DNA of 61,311 bases, counting the filler, from Nemertoderma westbladi (Eukaryota; Animalia; Xenacoelomorpha), in NCBI GenBank assembly GCA_032718475.1. It is 3 parts of 3 records of this genome, joined end to end, with 100 filler letters (N's around TTAATTAATTAA, not from the genome) between each part and the next. Parts side by side here need not be neighbours in the genome. Positions count along the whole stretch, not along the records: positions 1 to 22,905 come from JAUCBJ010005110.1; 2 more parts are not named here. One strand, 5' to 3'. This document shows positions 11,511-23,005 of the stretch, piece after piece. The notes below the pieces were generated by a model. That model searched no databases and was not told the origin of the DNA. It saw only the letters and a program-made list of their open reading frames with translations. Within the stretch, counting starts at the first letter, position 1. Every line of letters begins with the position of its first letter. Both the position numbers and the translations under genes were made by a program.

Positions 11511-13717
11511 CTAGAAAGCCTGTGGCCCTTCGGGCCACAGCTTTCTAGTGCATGTGCAGATGATATATGAATATGTGTGGGAGATTGGAGAACTGCATAT
11601 GGAACAGACACCATCATTAAATAAAACACCACCCCCATAAGAGATAACTGTCAAGTTTCAACTTTAGTCAGATTGTAAATAACAAAATTGGTGTAGATGT
11701 TCACATTCAGACTTCTACAGTAGCGGTAGACTGAAGAACTGTAGACGACTCTGGGACTCAGTAAAGATACAGAATATGCTGTACAGTAGTAGATTCCTGC
11801 CAAGTTTCAGCTCAAAGGGATTAAAAAGAACCAATTGGGATGAGGTGTTCACTATCAGACAATTCGCCATTTAGCGGCAGATAGGGGAACTGTATACAAC
11901 TCTGCGACTCCGTAAAGGTAGAGCCTATGCTGTAGTAGATGCCTACCAAGTTTCAGTCTAAAAGGATTGTAAATAACAAAGTTGGAGAAGATGTTAACTT
12001 GCAGACATTTCGCCCTCTAGCGGTAGACTGGGGAAGTGTATAGGACTCTGCAACTCCGTAAAGATAGAGCCTAGGACGTAGTAGATACCTGCCAAGTTTC
12101 AGCTCAAAAGGATTAAAAAGAACCAAATGGGATGAGGTTTTCACTATCAGACAATTCGCCCTCTTGCGGCTGACTGTGGAACTGTAGACGACTCTACTAC
12201 TCCGCAAAGATATAGCCTATGCTATAGTAGATGCCTACCAAGTTTCAGTCTAAAAGGATTGTAAATAACAAAGTTGGAGAAGATGTTAACTTGCAGACAT
12301 TTCGCCCTCTAGCGGTAGACTGGGAAATTGTAGACGACTCTGCGACTCAGTAAAGATACAGCCTATGCTGTAGTAGATGCCTACCAAGTTTCAGTCAAAA
12401 CGGATTGTAAATAATAAAGTTGGAGAAGATGTTAACTCTCAGACATTTAGCCCTCTAACGGTAGACTGGGGAACTGTAGACAAATCAGTGACTCCGAAAA
12501 TATACAGCCTATGCTGCAGTATATAGCTACCAAGTTTCAGCTCAAAAGCATTAAAAATAACAAAGTTGGAGAAGATGTTAACTTTCAGACATTTCGCCCT
12601 CTAGCGGTAGACCGGGGAATTGTAGACGACTCTGCTACTCAGTAAAGATACAGTCTATGCTGTAGTAGATGCCTACCAAGTTTCAGTCTAAACGGATTGT
12701 AAATAACAAAGTTGGAGAAGATGTTAACTCTCAGACATTTAGCCCTCTAACGGTAGACTGGGGAACTGTAGACAACCCAGTGACTCCGGAAATAATACAG
12801 CCTATGCTGCAGTATATAGCTACCAAGTTTCAGCTCAAAAGCATTAAAAACAACCCAATAAGATCAGGTTTTCACTATCGGACAATTCGCCCTCTAGCGG
12901 CAGACGGGGGAACTTCAGACGGCTCTGAGTATTACGTTGCAACGACTTAGGGTGAGACCTATCTAACGAGCTATAGTAAGCGAGATTTCATCGAGATTAG
13001 ATGTATAATATTCGATAAAATAATAATACAGTAAGTATAGGCCTACAGAAATAATTATTTTACTTTTAATATTCATAACAGTAAAACAAAAATGTTATAA
13101 ACCTCTCCTTCCATGCAGCCAATGATTGTGATTGAGAAAGCAGAATTACTCTGAGCAATTCGCAATAGACAACCCAAACCCACCCCAATCAACACTCCAG
13201 CCTGCTTGCTCCTTATCTGTGCCCAGCCAGCTAGCTGCAGTTCAATAATTACCTTAACGTTGCTATGATACAGAAAACAATCCTTCCCTATTCAATACCA
13301 ATAGGCCAATTCGATCGTGCTTGGCGAATATGACATATTTATACACTATTTGATTTTTAATTAATAAATAATCATACATATTTATATTAAACACTCGAAT
13401 AAAATAAAAACTTTGTGAGAATGGGACACGGCGAATCTACCCATGTTAATTTTATACTAGGTGGGATAAATGTTAGCCCTCTAAATCATTAATTACCGAT
13501 AGAAGAACCGAAATAATTCAATAAATTTCGCCCTAAAATCACGAAAATCGCCCTCTAGCGGCAGACGGGCGAACTTCAGACGACTCTGAGTATTACGTTG
13601 CAACGAGTTAGAGCGAGACCTTTCTAACGAGCTATAGCAAGCGAGATTTCATCGAGATGGGTTCGATTGTATAGCCGATGACAAACACACAGACAATCGA
13701 GATTTATATATATTAGA
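11511..13717 (-). mobile_element. Non-autonomous Helitron, copy 2
   Basis: 5' A|TCTAATATATATAAATCTCG; same 3' hairpin and CTAG; colinear with copy 1 but with a different repeat number. Confidence 0.87.
11670..12945. repeat. 146-bp tandem repeat inside Helitron copy 2
   Basis: Anchors at about 11865, 12011, 12157, 12303, 12449, 12595, 12741, 12888. Confidence 0.9.
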
Positions 13718-15400
13718 TACGTATTAATAAAAGGGTCGGACTTGATGTCGTAAAAAATGAGATAAAATATATGCGTATTAAATTTAAAATGAGATGCAAT
13801 AAATAAATCATCGAGATGAGAATTATTGTTTCTACAGTTCATCCAGACGCACCTGCAGCACACCGACCAGCTACAGGGAATATCAATTGAGTAGTGTTTA
13901 ATGAAGTACCTCCAAAATAAATCGATCAGACGAGATTTAAGCCCTACATGGTTTGTGAAATTGATTCGCTTAGGTAATACATTTGCAATGTAAGGTACTC
14001 GGAACTAAAAGTTTTTTTCTAACTTGCATTTTTTCAGCCGCGCAACATTAAATAAAATCCGATCACTTGAACGAGTAACGAGCACTAACTAGGTTTGCCA
14101 CTTCCTTTACACAGCTATTATATGATATTGATACTGTTCGCTGAGATTGTGTGAGGTTCTAGGCATGCTCTATGAAATCTACTGATTGTGAGATACAAAT
14201 ATTTTTTGAACAATGTTTCTATCTTCCAGATAATGTTCAGAAAATATCTAAAATTAATCTGCTATTCTGGAGAAAGCTCAGTGAAAAATATTTTTTCGAA
14301 AGTTGATAGTAGGCTAAAAGTTTCTATACAGACATAAAAATTGCAAAAACAGTTCACGGGGTTTAGCACCGGTTTATGGTGTCCCCCCTACCTGAAAATT
14401 GGGAGGGACATGTCCCCCCTGTATTGCGCCACTGACAATGGATATGCACAGATTATATTGTAGGCTTTCAATTTCCGACAGCCAACATTTGCACTGTGCT
14501 ACAGCAGTATACCATGCTTGCTACAGTTGACCTTCACACTATTAAGTCGGCCGGTAAAAACAAAGCTATGATTAAAATGACAAACATTTTTACTGTCAGG
14601 CTCAGATTTTTAAATATATTAATACATTATTTTATTAGAAAAATCCCCCTTTTCTCGCAAATATTTTCTTAAAAATGAGTTCTTGAGATTTAGAAAAGTG
14701 AGAAAAATGAGGTTTTTCACTAATTTTCAAGAACATTAATTAAAAAAAAAGTATTTTTTTGGTAACGTGTGTTGGTTTTCTACTTGTTGGTATTCTAGAA
14801 ACTTGCCAACTCGTGTAAAACTCAACCCTAACCAACAAAATAGTTGAATTTCGGTAAACTGAAAATGAGCGAAAAAGCGGTGTTTTCTGCTTTCTTTTTT
14901 TTTCACTGAATAGTAGTCCTATCCGGCACTTCGAATTCACGCAGTAATTAATTATAAGTACGAATTGTGTTCATATCATAAGTGCATCCACAGTGCATCC
15001 ACACTACTCAGTACTTATGACTTTTACATTATTTTAACTCAATAATTTTTATTGTCCGTTTAAATCACTCATGATGTCTTTTTTTTTACTTTTTATGTCC
15101 TCCAGAAATTTACCAGAAGTTTCTCTACTACTGCTGTTCTCTCAGGCTATCAGTACCGGTATTAGTATATAGAGCACTATTTTGCAGTATTGCTGTAGTG
15201 TATGTACAGATGTAGGTATAAAGCAGGTATTTTACTTATTTTAGTACCGGTACCGGCACCGGTACTCCTGTAGGCCTACTGTGTAGCCTACCATTTAAAT
15301 ACGGTAATGGTAGGCCTACCGGCAGACCGGTTGCAGGGTTGTGCTAATAAATTTTAAATAATTGATAGGCCAAACTGGATTGTGGAAAATTTGGTTAGGG

Positions 15401-16060
15401 TTTTGGTTAGAAAAGACCATCTATGTAATCTGCTCCTTTCCTTCATTTGGTAAAGTGATTGTTTATTGTTTTGGTTAGAAAATCCCTTCTCTGTACCCTG
15501 CTCCTTTCCTTCATTTAGTAAAGTGACTGTTTATTGTTTTGGTTAGAAAATCCCGCCTCTGTAACCTGCTCCTTTCCCTCAATTAGTTAAGTGATCGTTT
15601 ATTGTTTTGGTTAGAAAATCCCACCTCTGTAACCTGCTCCTTTTCCCTCAATTAGTTAAGTGATCGTTTATTGTTTTGGTTAGAAAATCCCGCCTCTGTA
15701 ACCTGCTCCTTTCTCACAATTAGTTAAGTGATCGTTTATAGTTTTGGTTAGGAAATCCCGCCTAACCTGCTCCTTTCTCTCAATTGGTAATGTTATCGTT
15801 TATTGTTTTTGGTTAGAAAAGACCATCTATGTAACACCTGCTCCTTTCCTTCATTTGGCAAAGTGATTGTTTATTGTTTTGGTTAGAAAATCCCGCCTCT
15901 ACCCTGCTCTTTTCCCTGATTTGGTAAAGTGACCGTTTATTGTTTTGGTTAGGAAGGCTAGCCTCTGTAACCTGCTCCTTTCCTTCATTTGGTAAAGTGA
16001 CTGTTTATTGTTTTGGTTAGAAAATCCGGCCTTAACCTGCTCCTTTTCATCAATTGGTAA
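15401..16060. repeat. Diverged tandem repeat of about 68 bp, about 10 units
   Basis: TTTTGGTTAGAAAATCCC...ACCTGCTCCTTT...GTTTATTG recurring. Confidence 0.9.
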
Positions 16061-16266
16061 TTGTTTTTGGCTATAAAATGAGTGTTTTTGCTACGTCATG
16101 TGGTAATCGATTATCGACAACAACCACAAACTATTAAATTTAGAATCTTTTACCACAGGCGCATATGGAAATCTATCTCATAGTCTATAAATCATGGAAT
16201 TTTGAATGTTTTGGCACAGGCATAGTGAAACCAACTGCCCGACAGACCAGAAATCAACAAATTTTG

Positions 16267-19200
16267 GGGTATATCTTTTGCGTAGAGGTATAGCCTACAT
16301 AGAGGCTTCATGTAGGTATGTGTAGCCTACATGTAGATGCACGTGTAGGGTGAATGTAGGTAGGTGTAGTCCCATAGATATTAATGTAATTTATGTGTCA
16401 ACTTGCAGTAACGTGATACACGGTCGTCAGCGCGCGTACTGCCACTAGTATGTCTCTGTTAGTTGAAACAAAATTGGAACATAATTGAAACATATTAGGA
16501 GCCACGTAATGGTGTCCTACCTGCAATGCTATGTATGCCAGTGAAACAAATTTGAAACAAATTAGGAGAGCCGTAATGATAGTCTACCGGAGAATTGGAA
16601 CAATGATGGGCTACGGAGCTCAAAAAATTGGAACAATGTTAAGTATGCCAGTGAAACAAATTTGAAACAAATTAGGAGAGCCGTAATGATAGCCTACCGG
16701 AAGAATTGGAACAATGATGGGCTACGGAGCTGCCTGGGTTGTTTGGCTGAACCAGTGGTGGCACGGATGAGGGGGTAAGAAAAGGGGGAAGGATCTAAAA
16801 ATAGCACCCAATAGGAAGCTTCTAACTTCTTGCATTGCTACGGCTACCGGTACCTTGCTTGGCCTCTAGGCTGGCTCTGGCATAACCCTTATTTTCGTAT
16901 GCGGATAAAGGTAATGTTTTAAAGATCTGGTGTGTAAAACGCGTTTTTGTGCAGTGATGTTTACGATATTATAATTAAACTAACTGCACTAACTATCTCA
17001 CATTTATTTAATAATATATGGTAAAAAAAAGCAACCAACCTATCAATTACAATAATTTACAATAGTTATCGAATGTTCTAGGATGTAAATACTTAGCATT
17101 ATTTTATAGGAAACGATTATAAAAAAAGGTTCTTGTAAAAAAGGTTTTGGCGAAAACTGTCCCTGCTTTCCGTTTTTGCAAATTTCTGGTACGGCATGAT
17201 TGCTCCAAGAATGTTTGCCGTGGAGTCTGAATAAGGTAGAAAAGGTAGGGGTGGGTGTGTTTGTTAAGTTCGGGTGGTCGGTGCGGGTAAATAGGATGTG
17301 AGAGGGATGGAGGGAGGGTGGGTAGGGGTAGGTGAGTGCGGGTAATTAGGTGTGTAGGGGTAGGGGAGGTTGGGTGCGGTTAAGTAGACGTGCTTGCTTA
17401 GTTTGGTGTGTGGGTGCGGTTAAGTAGACGTGCTTGCTTAGGTTGGTGGGTGGGTGCAGTTAAGTAGGTGTGCTTATGTGGGGTGGATGGGTGCGGCTTT
17501 AGGTGGGTGGGTGGGTGCAGTCAAGTAGTTGTGCTTAGGTAGATGGGTGGGTGCGGTTAAGTAGACGTGCTTAGGAGGGTGGGTGGGTGCGGTTGAGTAG
17601 GTGTGCTTAGGTGTGTGGGTGGGTGCGGTTAAGTCGATGTGCTTAGGTGGGTGCGGTTAACTAGGTGTGCTTAGGTAGAAGGTGGGTGCGGGTAAGTATA
17701 CGTGCTTAGCTGGGTGGGTGGGTGTGGTTAAGTACACGTGCTTAGGTGGGTGGGTGGGTGCGGTTAAGTCGATGTGCGTAGGTGGGTGCGGCTAACTAGG
17801 TGTGCTTAGGTAGGTGGGTGGGTGCGGGTAAGTATACGTGCTTAGGTGGGTGGGTGGGTGCGGTTAAGTCGATGTGCTTAGGTGGGTGTTTGCGGTTAAG
17901 TAGACGTGCTTAGGTGTGTGGGTGGGTGCGGGTAAGTAGACGTGCTTAGGTGTTTGGGTGGGTGTGGTTAAGTAGACGTGCTGAGGTGGGTGGGTGGGTG
18001 TGGTTAAGTCGATGTGCTTAGGTGGGTGCGGTTAACTAGGTGTGCTTAGGTAGGTGGGTGGGTGTGGGTAAGTATACGTGCTTAGGTGGGTGGGTGGGTG
18101 CGGTTAAGTCGATGTGCTTAGGTGGGTGGGTGGGTGTTTGCGGTTAAGTAGACGTGCTTAGGTGTGTGGGTGGGTGCGGGTAAGTAGACGTGCTTAGGTG
18201 TGTGGGTGGTGTGGTTAAGTAGACGTGCTGAGGTGGGTGGGTGGGTGCGGGTAAGTCGATGTGCTTAGGTGGGTGCGGCTAACTAGGTGTGCTTAGGTAG
18301 GTGGGTGGGTGCGGGTAAGTATACGTGCTTAGGTGGGTGGGTGGGTGCGGTTAAGTCGATGTGCTTAGGTGGGTGGGTGGGTGTTTGCGGTTAAGTAGAC
18401 GTGCTTAGGTGTGTGGGTGGGTGCGGGTAAGTAGACGTGCTTAGGTGTGTGGGTGGGCGTGGTTAAGTAGACGTGCTGAGGTGGGTGGGTGGGTGCGGTT
18501 AAGTCGATGTGCTTAGGTGGGTGCGGTTAACTAGGTGTGCTTAGGTAGGTGGGTGGGTGTGGGTAAGAATACGTGCTTAGGTGGGTGGGTGCCGCTGAGT
18601 CGATGTGCTTAGGTGGATGGGTGCGGTTAAGTACACGTGCCTAGGTGTGTGGGTGGGTGCGGTTAAGTAGACGTGTTTAGGTCGGTGGGTGGGTGCGGGT
18701 AAGTAGACGTGCTTATGAGGGCGGGTGGGTGCGGTTAAGTAGGTGTGCTTAGGTGGGTGGGTGGGTGGGTGGGTGCGGTTAAGTAGGTGTGCTTAGATGG
18801 GTGGGTGGGTGCGGTTAAGTCGATGTGCTTATGTGGGTGGGTGGGTGTGATTAACTAGACGTGCTTAGGTTGGTGGGTGGGTGCGGTTAAGTAGGTGTGC
18901 TTAGATGGGTGGGTGGGTGCAGTAAAGTAGTTGTGCTTAGGTAGGTGGGTGGGTGTGGGTAAGTATACGTGCTTAGGTGGGTAGGTGGGTGCGGTTAAGT
19001 AGGTGTGCTTAGATGGGTGGGTGGGTGCAGTTAAGTCGACGTGCTTAGGTGGATGGGAGGGTACGTGTAAGTAGGTATGTAGGAATGGGTATGTAGGAAT
19101 GGGTATTTAGGAATGGGTATGTAGGAATGGGTATGTATGGTTAAGTACAGTAGGTGTGTAATGATACAGTAGGTGGGTGGGGGGGGGGGGGGGGGGTAAG

Positions 19201-20890
19201 TTTAGCAATAACTGTTAAGTAGTATTACCACTTCTCAATAAGGTAGACAGCTGTATGTTTACAGTATAGAACGGTCGTAAAATAGAGGCGTCCCATTGGA
19301 TGCTATTTATAGATCCATACCCCTTTTCTTTCCCCCTCTTCCCCCTTTTCTTACGCGCTCTTACCCCCAGCACAGAGAAGATCTTCCCCCAGCTCGCGCG
19401 CAGGATGTATGGCAATAATCTCTGATCTCCACGGTACAATACGGTACATCAACATGCAGACCTGTCTGCTGTCAGACAACAGGTTTTACTGCATACTGCA
19501 GTACTGTATAAATATCAAACATCGCGTTCTGATTATACTAAAGTCCCTTACTCGTCATAAATATTATGCCCTAATAAATTTGAGTATGCTAACGCCACGA
19601 AAGGCATCGTTCCATTAGATTAACTCGTTCTGATTTATATGTTTATTGAGTAAGAGTAACCTAAACAAGAATAACAGCCATCATCGCGGGGACTATAGTC
19701 TACCAGAAACCCTGACCCCCCTCTGCCCCTCTTTATCTGTTTATCAACCATACATCCATGGGACTTGAACAGTACTTCAGCATCGAAATGTTTTGGACGT
19801 TTTGTTTTGAAAGTAAAAATATAGAAGTCTGGAAGTTTTGTTTGTTTTAATTTTTCAGGCAGTCACATTCCACCAACCAGCAACAGTCCCATCCCTTCCC
19901 ACTATCCCGCGGACCACCACACTGTTTCATTATAAAGTATTCCCATCTCGATGATGGGAATTAATCAGTAATCCGATGGGATTCAAATCCCATCTCGAAG
20001 TAACAGCAAAACAATAACACGAAAGTCAATAGCTTTACAGTTATATTTGATTGCATTGAAAGTTAATAGAAAGAAGAAGTTAAATTGCATATCCATTAAA
20101 ATATCATGAAATTGATACGGCAGTTTAGTAGATTAAAACGGCCACAGCAAGATTTATAAAATGAAAAATAAGTAAAATCAGCACAGCACACAATATTATC
20201 AATATAGACATTGAAGACAATTTAATTAACAAATACTATAAAAAAATATCTACTAACAATCAATACATGATATATATAATATATATACATCAGCGACTAC
20301 CATCGCCACTCTGGTTCAATCAGTCAGTCCGGTATCATTGTTAGCGTTTTGTTGAATTACCCACTCATCCTCAGACCCTCATGGACACCGACGACGAGCT
20401 CTAACCCTAACCGTTAGTCGATTCCTCCTTGACTGGAAACATCAGGTTCGGGCCGTTCGGCCCATACAAAGTCATTAGCCTCCATGCCTGAACCCGCAGG
20501 ATCATAAGATCTACAGTATGTATCGGTATATCGTTCAGTCGTTTTTTCCTTTGTCAGTACTGTAGTATTGATAGGCTCCGTCTCGTGGGTATTCAGGGGA
20601 CCCCCATTCGACGTATTCGCATATCCTCCTGGTTGTTTCGGGTACCACCGCCCGCCATATGCGCATCTCTTCGTGGTTGTTCCGGGTACCACCCCCGTTC
20701 GCCGCATTCGCATCTCATCGAGGAAGTTCGGGTCCGGGTACCCCGTGTAGGCCTATTCATTCATCATTGTTGTTTTTAAAGACCTACCTACACCTACCTA
20801 CATTCACCCTACACGTGCATCTACATGTAGGCTACACATACCTACATGTAGCCTCTATGTAGGCTATACCTCTACGCAAAAGATATACCC
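16267..20890. mobile_element. Mutator-like (MULE) non-autonomous element, 4.6 kb
   Basis: TIRs of about 105 bp (GGGTATATCTTTTGCGTAGAGG / CCTCTACGCAAAAGATATACCC); perfect 9-bp TSD CAAATTTTG at 16258-16266 and 20891-20899; no transposase recognised. Confidence 0.85.
17371..19055 (+). repeat. G-rich variable minisatellite (GGGT)2-4 GCGGTTAAGTAGACGTGCTTAGGT
   Basis: Units of about 28-40 bp with strong G/T strand skew. Confidence 0.92.
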
Positions 20891-21444
20891 CAAATTTTGA
20901 ATGTTTTGGCATAGGCATGTTGAAATCAACTGTCTGACAGTCCAGAAATCAGCAGTCTGATAGTTTGAAGAAATACATACATAAAAAGTCATTAAAGGAC
21001 AACAAAAGTCATTAAAGGGACAACAAAAGTCATTATGCACAATTCATAAAAAAAGGAGGATAAAAAAGTTAAATAAAAGGACATAAAAATCACTGCCTTA
21101 TTTTAAGTAGGCCTACCGGTATATTTTCCTTTCCCTACAAAGTTCAAATAGAACAGTACGGTACCGGTACTGCAGTAACAGTACAGCGGCATCTCCAACG
21201 CTCCAAGTTCCGATTAAACCAGTTGTCCTTCAACAGGAATACCTTGCTTTACAGCTTTCGCTGTTTCGGGCTTTAGGCATAGGCCTAATTCTCATTTATT
21301 TATTTGATTTCATTCACAGATTCACTTGAGTGAATAATTTAACGTATTTATATTTATTGGCGTCTCGCTGAACTATGAAATATTAATTATATATATAAGT
21401 ACCAGAGTACCGCTACTTGTAACAACAGAAAAATCAACAGGATC

Positions 21445-22905
21445 ATGGGAAACGAAGATGAAGATGATCAGAACGAATTAAAAAAACTAAGTGAGGACAG
21501 CCTGACTAAAGACCCGGAACAAGTATTCGATATATTGGAGAAACTTGGGGAGGGTGCTTACGGTTCGGTCTACAAGGCCTTGCACAAGGAGTCTGGTCAC
21601 GTCCTCGCTATAAAGAAGGTGCCAGTGGACGCGGATCTGCAGGACATTATACGGGAGATCAGCATCATGCAGCAGTGCGATAGTCCACACATAGTCCGCT
21701 ACTACGGCTCATACTTCCATAACAGCGACCTGTGGATAGTGATGGAGTTCTGCGGGGCTGGAAGCATCTCGGATATTATGAGACTCAGGAAGAAGGCCTT
21801 GTTGGAGGATGAAATCTCTTCCGTTCTCCTCTCCACCCTCAAGGCCCTGGAATACCTTCACTTTTTGCGGAAGATCCACCGGGACGTGAAGGCGGGTAAC
21901 ATTCTACTCAACTCGCGGGGCCACGCCAAACTGGCTGACTTCGGGGTCGCCGGCCATCTAACGGACACCATGTCGAAACGGAACACAGTGATCGGGACGC
22001 CCTTCTGGATGGCCCCGGAGGTGATCCAGGAGATTGGCTACGACACCGCGGCCGACCTCTGGAGTCTCGGGATCACCGCGATAGAGATGGCCGAAGGTAA
22101 GCCGCCTTACGCCGACGTGCATCCAATGCGCGCCATCTTTATGATCCCGAGTAAACCGCCCCCAACACTACGGGATGCCGACCAGTGGTCCCCGGAGTTC
22201 GTTGACCTTCTCTCAAGCTGTTTGATAAAGAAACCCGAGGAGCGCAGCACCGCGACGCAGCTCCTACAGCATCCGTTCGTGCGGAACGCGAAGCCGCCGA
22301 CCGAGTCCTTGGCCTCGTTGTTGGACGAGGCGAGACGCGTGAAGGAGACGTTGGCGAACCAGTCGGACGATTCGGAGGACGAAACGGACGGGACAATCCG
22401 GCCGGACACCGGAGTTACCGTAACGGAAGGTAACGCCGTAACGGAGAGCGTCGCCGAGGATATGGGGACCATGGTGATAAACTGTGAGGACGACGAGGAC
22501 GATTCCACAATGCGGCGATACGATACGGAAGTTGGAGGTGACGGCGACTACGTGGCGCCGTATATGGCGCGGTTGGGGGCCGGGGCGGACAGTGTGGACG
22601 GACAGACGGACACCGGGACGTTCGTAGCCGACGGACATACCGACACCGGGACGTTCGTAGCCGACGGACAGACCGACACCGGGACTCTGGTTGTCGACGG
22701 ACAGACCGATGTGTCCACCAGTGGCGCGGAGTCCATGGACCCAGACGATTTCGCACGGGTCTCCGAAAGCGACTTTAACTTCATCAAGAACCTGTCGACG
22801 GACGCCATCCAGCGGCGGATAGCGGCGCTGGACAGTCAGATGGACGGGGAGATTGAGAAACTCCGGCTGCGGTACCAGACCAAGCGACAGCCAATACTAG
22901 ACGCG
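21445..22905 (+). CDS. hpo: Hippo / MST1-2 (STK3/STK4-like) Ste20 kinase; intronless CDS, 3' end lost in the gap
   Basis: GEGAYGSV, HRDVKAGN, DFG, KRNTVIGTPFWMAPEVIQEIGY, VHPMRAIFMIP; C-terminal SARAH domain DFNFIKNLS..LDSQMDGEIEKLRLRYQTKRQPILDA. Confidence 0.96.
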
Positions 22906-23005
22906 NNNNNNNNNNNNNNNNNNNNNNNNNNNNNNNNNNNNNNNNNNNNTTAATTAATTAANNNNNNNNNNNNNNNNNNNNNNNNNNNNNNNNNNNNNNN
23001 NNNNN
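22906..23005. other. Synthetic assembly spacer
   Basis: 44 N + TTAATTAATTAA (stops in six frames) + 44 N = 100 bp; identical to 53394-53493. Confidence 0.95.

Noticed and set aside
17371-19055. Telomeric repeat (TTAGG)
   Set aside because: TTAGG occurs singly within longer units inside a TIR element, not as tandem telomere repeats.
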